Source: Snowella sp. (GTDB lineage Bacteria > Cyanobacteriota > Cyanobacteriia > Cyanobacteriales > Microcystaceae). From it: DNA of 10,966 bases. Shown piece after piece: positions 6,663 to 10,966 of the stretch; the first letter of the stretch is position 1, and every line of letters begins with the position of its first letter. Under the pieces are notes generated by a model. It saw only the letters and a program-made list of their open reading frames with translations, was not told the DNA's origin and searched no databases. The position numbers and the translations under genes are program-made. The DNA lies in the NCBI GenBank assembly GCA_035285545.1, contig JAYKGY010000011.1, positions 1 to 10,966 of the forward strand, written 5' to 3'.

Positions 6663-7598
6663 ATGAAAATTCTGGTGACAGGTGGAACAGGCTTTTTAGG
6701 AACAACCCTTTGTGCCCAATTAGAAGCGGCAGGTCATGAACTCACCCGTATCAATTCTAAAAATTGCGATCTCACCCAGCCCCATTCCCTTCATCAATTC
6801 AACGGGGAAACCTACGATCAGATCTATCATTTAGCCGCTTGGACACAGGCAGGCGATTTTTGTCTGTATCATCCTGGCGAACAGTGGATCATCAATCAGC
6901 AAATGAACACCAATATGCTGACCTGGTGGCAACAACATCAACCCCAAGCGAAATTCATCTGTATGGGAACCAGTTGCGCCTATGATCCCGATGTGGCATT
7001 AAAGGAAGAAAATTACTTGCTCGGTGTGCCCATTGAGAGCCTGTTTACCTATGCCATGACCAAACGAATGCTCTATGCGGGGCTTTTGGCACTGAATAAA
7101 CAATATGGCTTGAAATACCTCTGCTTAGTTCCTTCAACACTTTATGGGCCAGGTTATCACACCGATGGACGGCAGATGCATTTTATTTTTGACCTGATGC
7201 GTAAAATTATTCGCGGCAAGCTCTACGGTGAGCCTGTGGTGCTTTGGGGAGATGGTTATCAGTCACGGGAATTAGTGTTTGTGGTCGATTTTGCGAATAT
7301 TGCCATTCAACTTGCAGAAACCGTTGATAATGATTTAATCAATATCGGTGCAGGGGAAGAATTTACCATTCGTCATTTTGCCCAATTAATTTGTGAAGAA
7401 GTAGGTTACGATTTCAACGAAATTCAATTTGATACATCCCGTTATGTCGGCGCAAAATCCAAGTGTTTACAGGTCGAGAAATTACGGCAATTATTACCTG
7501 ATACCCGATTAACCGATTTGAAAACGGGTTTATCGAAAACCATCGCCTGGTTCTGGGAAGAACAGGAAAAGTTAGTTCCTGCGGTTACCGCTAAATAA
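6663..7598 (+). CDS. NAD-dependent epimerase/reductase, GDP-L-fucose synthase (Fcl/WcaG)-like
   Basis: Motifs TGGTGFLG, HLAA, GTSCAY, YAMTK (YxxxK), LYGPG and LWGDG..SRE. ATG 6663 with AGGA upstream is preferred over TTG 6657. Confidence 0.85.
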   Translation: MKILVTGGTGFLGTTLCAQLEAAGHELTRINSKNCDLTQPHSLHQFNGETYDQIYHLAAWTQAGDFCLYHPGEQWIINQQMNTNMLTWWQQHQPQAKFICMGTSCAYDPDVALKEENYLLGVPIESLFTYAMTKRMLYAGLLALNKQYGLKYLCLVPSTLYGPGYHTDGRQMHFIFDLMRKIIRGKLYGEPVVLWGDGYQSRELVFVVDFANIAIQLAETVDNDLINIGAGEEFTIRHFAQLICEEVGYDFNEIQFDTSRYVGAKSKCLQVEKLRQLLPDTRLTDLKTGLSKTIAWFWEEQEKLVPAVTAK

Positions 7599-7600
7599 TT

Positions 7601-8602
7601 TTAATTTCCCCAACGGAAGGCGGCGGCTCCCCAGGTTAACCCAGCCCCAAAGCCAGAGGTCATAATTAAATCCCCTGCTTTGATTTTGCCTGCTCGGATG
7701 GCTTCATCGAGGGCAATGGGAATAGAGGCAGCGGAGGTATTTCCGTATTGAGCGACGTTACTAATCACTTTTTCTGAGGGAAGATTTAGGCGATCACTGA
7801 CGGCATCCATAATGCGCTGATTAGCTTGATGCAAGATTAACCAGTCTATTTGTTCGGGGGTTAAATCGGCTTTAAATAACACTTTTTCAATAATTTCAGG
7901 AACTTTCGCCACTGCAAAACGGTAAACTTCTCGACCGTTCATACTAATGGGTTGATAATTACCTTGAGTAATGGCTTTATCGGCGGTTAAGGTTTGCGTT
8001 TGCCCTTGATAGGCGAGATTTAAACAATGGTTGAGGCTGCCATCACTGTACATTTCAAAGCCCAACAGATTATCTTTTTCTCCACTGCCCTGAATAACAA
8101 CGGCCCCTGCGCCATCGCCAAACAAAACACAGGTAGCGCGATCGCTCCAATCCACCCAACGGGAAAGCACATCCCCCCCGATTAACAAAATATTTTTATA
8201 AACCCCTGTACGAATAAATTGAGAAGCCGTGATTAAACCAAAAACAAAGCCTGAACAAGCAGCCGTTAGATCAAAAGCGACAGCCCGCGTTGCGCCCAGT
8301 TGGTGTTGAATTTTTACCCCTGTTCCAAACAAATCATCAGGAGTAGAGGTGGCCAAAATAATGAGATCAATATCAGTTGCCGCTAAACCCGCCATTTCCA
8401 AGGCTTGAACACTGGCTTGGGTCGCGATCGCGGCTAGGGACTGCTCAGGAGAAGAAACATAGCGTTGACGCATTCCCGTGCGGCTTTGAATCCACTCATC
8501 GGTCGTCTCTACCATCTGGCTAAGATCATCATTGGTCAAGATCTGATTAGCCGTTGCTGAACCACTTCCAATGATGGTAATACCTGTCCCAACGCTGTTC
8601 AA
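7601..8602 (-). CDS. fabH: 3-oxoacyl-ACP synthase III
   Basis: Catalytic triad motifs AACSGF, HQAN and GNTSAAS, plus FGDGAGA and GFGAGLTWG. TTG start with an AGGAG SD 7 nt upstream. Confidence 0.97.
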   Translation of the reverse strand: MNSVGTGITIIGSGSATANQILTNDDLSQMVETTDEWIQSRTGMRQRYVSSPEQSLAAIATQASVQALEMAGLAATDIDLIILATSTPDDLFGTGVKIQHQLGATRAVAFDLTAACSGFVFGLITASQFIRTGVYKNILLIGGDVLSRWVDWSDRATCVLFGDGAGAVVIQGSGEKDNLLGFEMYSDGSLNHCLNLAYQGQTQTLTADKAITQGNYQPISMNGREVYRFAVAKVPEIIEKVLFKADLTPEQIDWLILHQANQRIMDAVSDRLNLPSEKVISNVAQYGNTSAASIPIALDEAIRAGKIKAGDLIMTSGFGAGLTWGAAAFRWGN

Positions 8603-8655
8603 TTGATTTCTCCTGTTGATGGCACTGATGGAAGGCTTAACGTTTCCGTGAAAAA

Positions 8656-9708
8656 TTATCGTTCACTGTTGACGCTAACGGCCTCTGAGTTCATCACGCC
8701 TTCTGTCCAAGATTGAATTCGGGTAGAGACTTGGTGGTCGATCGCCTCTTTTGCCAAACGAACCGCATTAAAGATAGAAGGTGCGCGGGAACTCCCATGA
8801 CTAATAATACAGATCCCGTCTACCCCAAACAATAAGGCCCCACCATGTTCGGCGTGATCAATACGTTGCTTAATTTTTTTCAAATTGGGTTTTAAAAGGG
8901 CAGAACCAACCATTCCCCGCCATCCCTGGGGCAATTCTTCCTTAATAATATTGAGGAGAACACTACCGACCGCTTCCGCAAATTTCAAGACAATATTTCC
9001 CACAAAGCCGTCACAAACAATAACGTCAAAATCACCAGAAAGCACATCCCGACCTTCCGCATTGCCAACAAAGGGAATATGGGGATTCGCTTCTAGCCGT
9101 TCATAGGTTTGGAGAGCTAAATCATTTCCTTTCGTGGGTTCTTCACCGATATTGAGTAAACCAACTTTCGGATTTTCCGTTCCTAAAACGTATTTACTAT
9201 AAATCGTTCCCATCAGGGCAAATTGCTCTAAGTACTTTGGCTTACAGTCCACGTTCGCGCCCACATCCAACACAATCACTGATTTATTGGCTAATAAGGT
9301 GGGAAAGACTGTACCGATCGCGGGTCGATCAATGCCTTTTAACCGACCTAAACGTAATAACGCAGCGGCCATCGCGGCTCCTGAATGACCAGCAGAAACG
9401 ACAGCATCGGCCTGATTAGTTTTGACTAACTCCATCGCCACATTAATCGACGCTTTGGGTTTACGACGCAGGGCCGTCAGGGGTTCTTCTTCCATTGAAA
9501 TCACACCTTCGGCATCCACAATATGAAGATTTTGGGGACGACGGGGGGCATGTTGTTCCAAGTAGGATTCAATTTGAGCGCGATCGCCGACTAAAAGAAC
9601 CTCAACATCAAGTTCTTCACTAGCGCGGATGGCTCCAGCAATAATTTCATCGGGGGCGTGGTCTCCACCCATTGCGTCTAATGCGATTCTGGCGCGAGTT
9701 GCTGTCAT
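8656..9708 (-). CDS. plsX: Phosphate acyltransferase PlsX
   Basis: Motifs IALDAMGGDHAP, SAGHSGA, LDVGAN, LLNIGEEPTKG, CDGFVGN and SHGSS. Lies upstream of fabH. Confidence 0.98.
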   Translation of the reverse strand: MTATRARIALDAMGGDHAPDEIIAGAIRASEELDVEVLLVGDRAQIESYLEQHAPRRPQNLHIVDAEGVISMEEEPLTALRRKPKASINVAMELVKTNQADAVVSAGHSGAAMAAALLRLGRLKGIDRPAIGTVFPTLLANKSVIVLDVGANVDCKPKYLEQFALMGTIYSKYVLGTENPKVGLLNIGEEPTKGNDLALQTYERLEANPHIPFVGNAEGRDVLSGDFDVIVCDGFVGNIVLKFAEAVGSVLLNIIKEELPQGWRGMVGSALLKPNLKKIKQRIDHAEHGGALLFGVDGICIISHGSSRAPSIFNAVRLAKEAIDHQVSTRIQSWTEGVMNSEAVSVNSER

Positions 9709-9893
9709 GGATCAACGTGATAAAAGCCTTCAAAATTTTAGCAGAAGCCTTGATAAATTCTGTTACCCCAAAAAGGCGCGAATTTGGCAAAGATGTGTAC
9801 TGCTAATTATAGGAATAGTGTAAACAATTCTGGCACAGTTGGTAAGCGTTTTTTCCTAGAAGGGACATCCAATTTCTCAAAAAAGGCTTGGGA

Positions 9894-10823
9894 TCAAAAA
9901 CTTTCCTCGGTTCCCATCTGTTTCAAAAATGCGATCGCCTGCTCATAAAATTGGAATTGACGTTCACTTTGGCGAAATGCAGGGGTATGAACTCGCTGTT
10001 TGCCATTAACCCATTGAATACCGTGTTGTTTATGTAATAGCTCATGGTACAAAACAAACTCCACCACAAAGCGGGGAACGTTTGCGCTATCTAAGGTGGG
10101 GCTTAAGACAACGCGATCGCGGCTACTTTCGTAATGGCCTAATTTGCGTTTAGTAAGGAGGGAATTCCAACAGAGTCGCGGTTTCACAAAAGACGGCTCT
10201 AAATAGCGATCCCGAACCGCAATAAATAATTCTTCTAAATCGTAATAATTCCCCTGCGCTCTTTCAGAATCAATTTGGGCAATTAAATCTAGCGATAATA
10301 AAACGTCTTTATAGGCTTCAGTTGTGGCAAAATGACGAATTTGAGTTTGAATGTCGGGCGTTTTCTTAATTAAAATCCCCCGCATAACCGTGCGGAGCAT
10401 GTCATCATCGGCTTGAATAAAGGCTTCGCTTAATTGAATGGTGGCAGATTGGGCAGTTATTTTTGCTTTATAAATCGCTGAAAAGTTAAGTAACTCGATA
10501 AACAAAGGCGGTAAGGGTTGAGAACGGGACGGCGCGATCGCTTCGGCAATGGTTAGAGCACGCTGTATCGTTTGGCAGTGACGGTGTAGATTATCGTCAT
10601 CCATTAAAAACTGCATCCAAGCATAGACGGCACGGGAAGGCTTCGGTAAGTCCGCAGGAGATAAGTGATTCTTTCGACAAATCCCTTGAACTTCAGTCAC
10701 ATTGAGTTTTAAGACCGACTGTAAGCGGTTAAAAATGAGATGGTTAGTCTTTGCCTGTTGCCAAATCATTTGATTGATCACAGACTGTTGTTTAACCAAA
10801 TTAGCTATTCTTAAAGAAGCCAT
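9894..10823 (-). CDS. HExxH zinc metallopeptidase-like protein (SprT/M48/YgjP-like C-terminal domain)
   Basis: RKLGHY...VLSPTLD..VPRFVVEFVLYHELLH...HTPAF. Three HIP1 sites suggest a long-resident gene. Confidence 0.8.
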   Translation of the reverse strand: MASLRIANLVKQQSVINQMIWQQAKTNHLIFNRLQSVLKLNVTEVQGICRKNHLSPADLPKPSRAVYAWMQFLMDDDNLHRHCQTIQRALTIAEAIAPSRSQPLPPLFIELLNFSAIYKAKITAQSATIQLSEAFIQADDDMLRTVMRGILIKKTPDIQTQIRHFATTEAYKDVLLSLDLIAQIDSERAQGNYYDLEELFIAVRDRYLEPSFVKPRLCWNSLLTKRKLGHYESSRDRVVLSPTLDSANVPRFVVEFVLYHELLHKQHGIQWVNGKQRVHTPAFRQSERQFQFYEQAIAFLKQMGTEESF

Positions 10824-10839
10824 GATTAAAGATTAAAAA

Positions 10840-10966
10840 GGGGTGCATCCCATTTAGGATAGTTTATTTGTACTTAAAGAAGGAGAGCGGTTAAGATAAG
10901 CACATCGAAGACGTAAGATGCGAGAAACATTATTACGGTTCCAACGTGCCCCTGCTAGCTTGACTC
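10840..10966 (-). mobile_element. End of an ISKra4-family insertion sequence, putative terminal IR GGGGTGCATCCCATTT (10840-10855)
   Basis: The motif overlaps the transposase stop and resembles the GGG(A/T)GCATCCCA ends I recall for cyanobacterial ISKra4-type elements. The partner end is outside the window. Confidence 0.7.
10854..10966 (-). CDS. Transposase C-terminus, ISKra4 family (partial)
   Basis: Manual translation VKLAGARWNRNNVSRILRLRCAYLNRSPSLSTNKLS* matches the K..GA.W...NV...L..RCAYLN tail of these transposases. Confidence 0.8.
   Translation of the reverse strand, partial: VKLAGARWNRNNVSRILRLRCAYLNRSPSLSTNKLS

Larger units (their letters stand above)
543..10541. repeat. HIP1 octamers (GCGATCGC), 11 copies found by eye
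   Basis: Starts at 543, 5261, 5489, 6235, 6596, 8138, 8424, 9580, 9931, 10113 and 10534. None seen between 551 and 5260. Confidence 0.9.

Noticed and set aside
5406..6985. ORFs 5406..5630, 5429..5665, 6245..6472 and 6764..6985
   Set aside because: Alternative-frame or antisense shadows of conserved genes.
9724..9751. AAGCCTT direct repeat upstream of plsX
   Set aside because: Only 7 bp, too short to support a regulatory call without comparative data.
8885..9823. ORFs 8885..9106, 9237..9419 and 9629..9823
   Set aside because: Antisense to plsX with no independent support.

Overview
Chromosomal segment of a HIP1-rich cyanobacterium, probably unicellular and Chroococcales-like (inference). 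Left to right it holds the 5' end of psbD (absent from the ORF track), a divergent UPF0367-type gene, and an AT-rich, HIP1-free accessory island (~770-4500). The island carries a two-gene minus-strand module: a peptidase M15A with an N-terminal SH3-like domain, and a large membrane protein with Ig-like (IPT/TIG-type) segments and an internally duplicated 'RxQFxLWT...IPxG...IS' module. Ordinary genes follow: speB plus a Gfo/Idh/MocA oxidoreductase, an orphan GDP-fucose-synthase-like SDR, plsX-fabH and an HExxH SprT/M48-like protein. The window ends in the 3' end of an ISKra4-family transposase (also absent from the track) whose putative end lies 16 bp upstream of the HExxH gene. The most notable part is the island: a perfect TTGACA-17-TATAAT promoter with operator-like repeats, a 24-bp imperfect direct repeat bracketing the module, and candidate small ORFs. 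All family calls come from motif recognition, not database searches.
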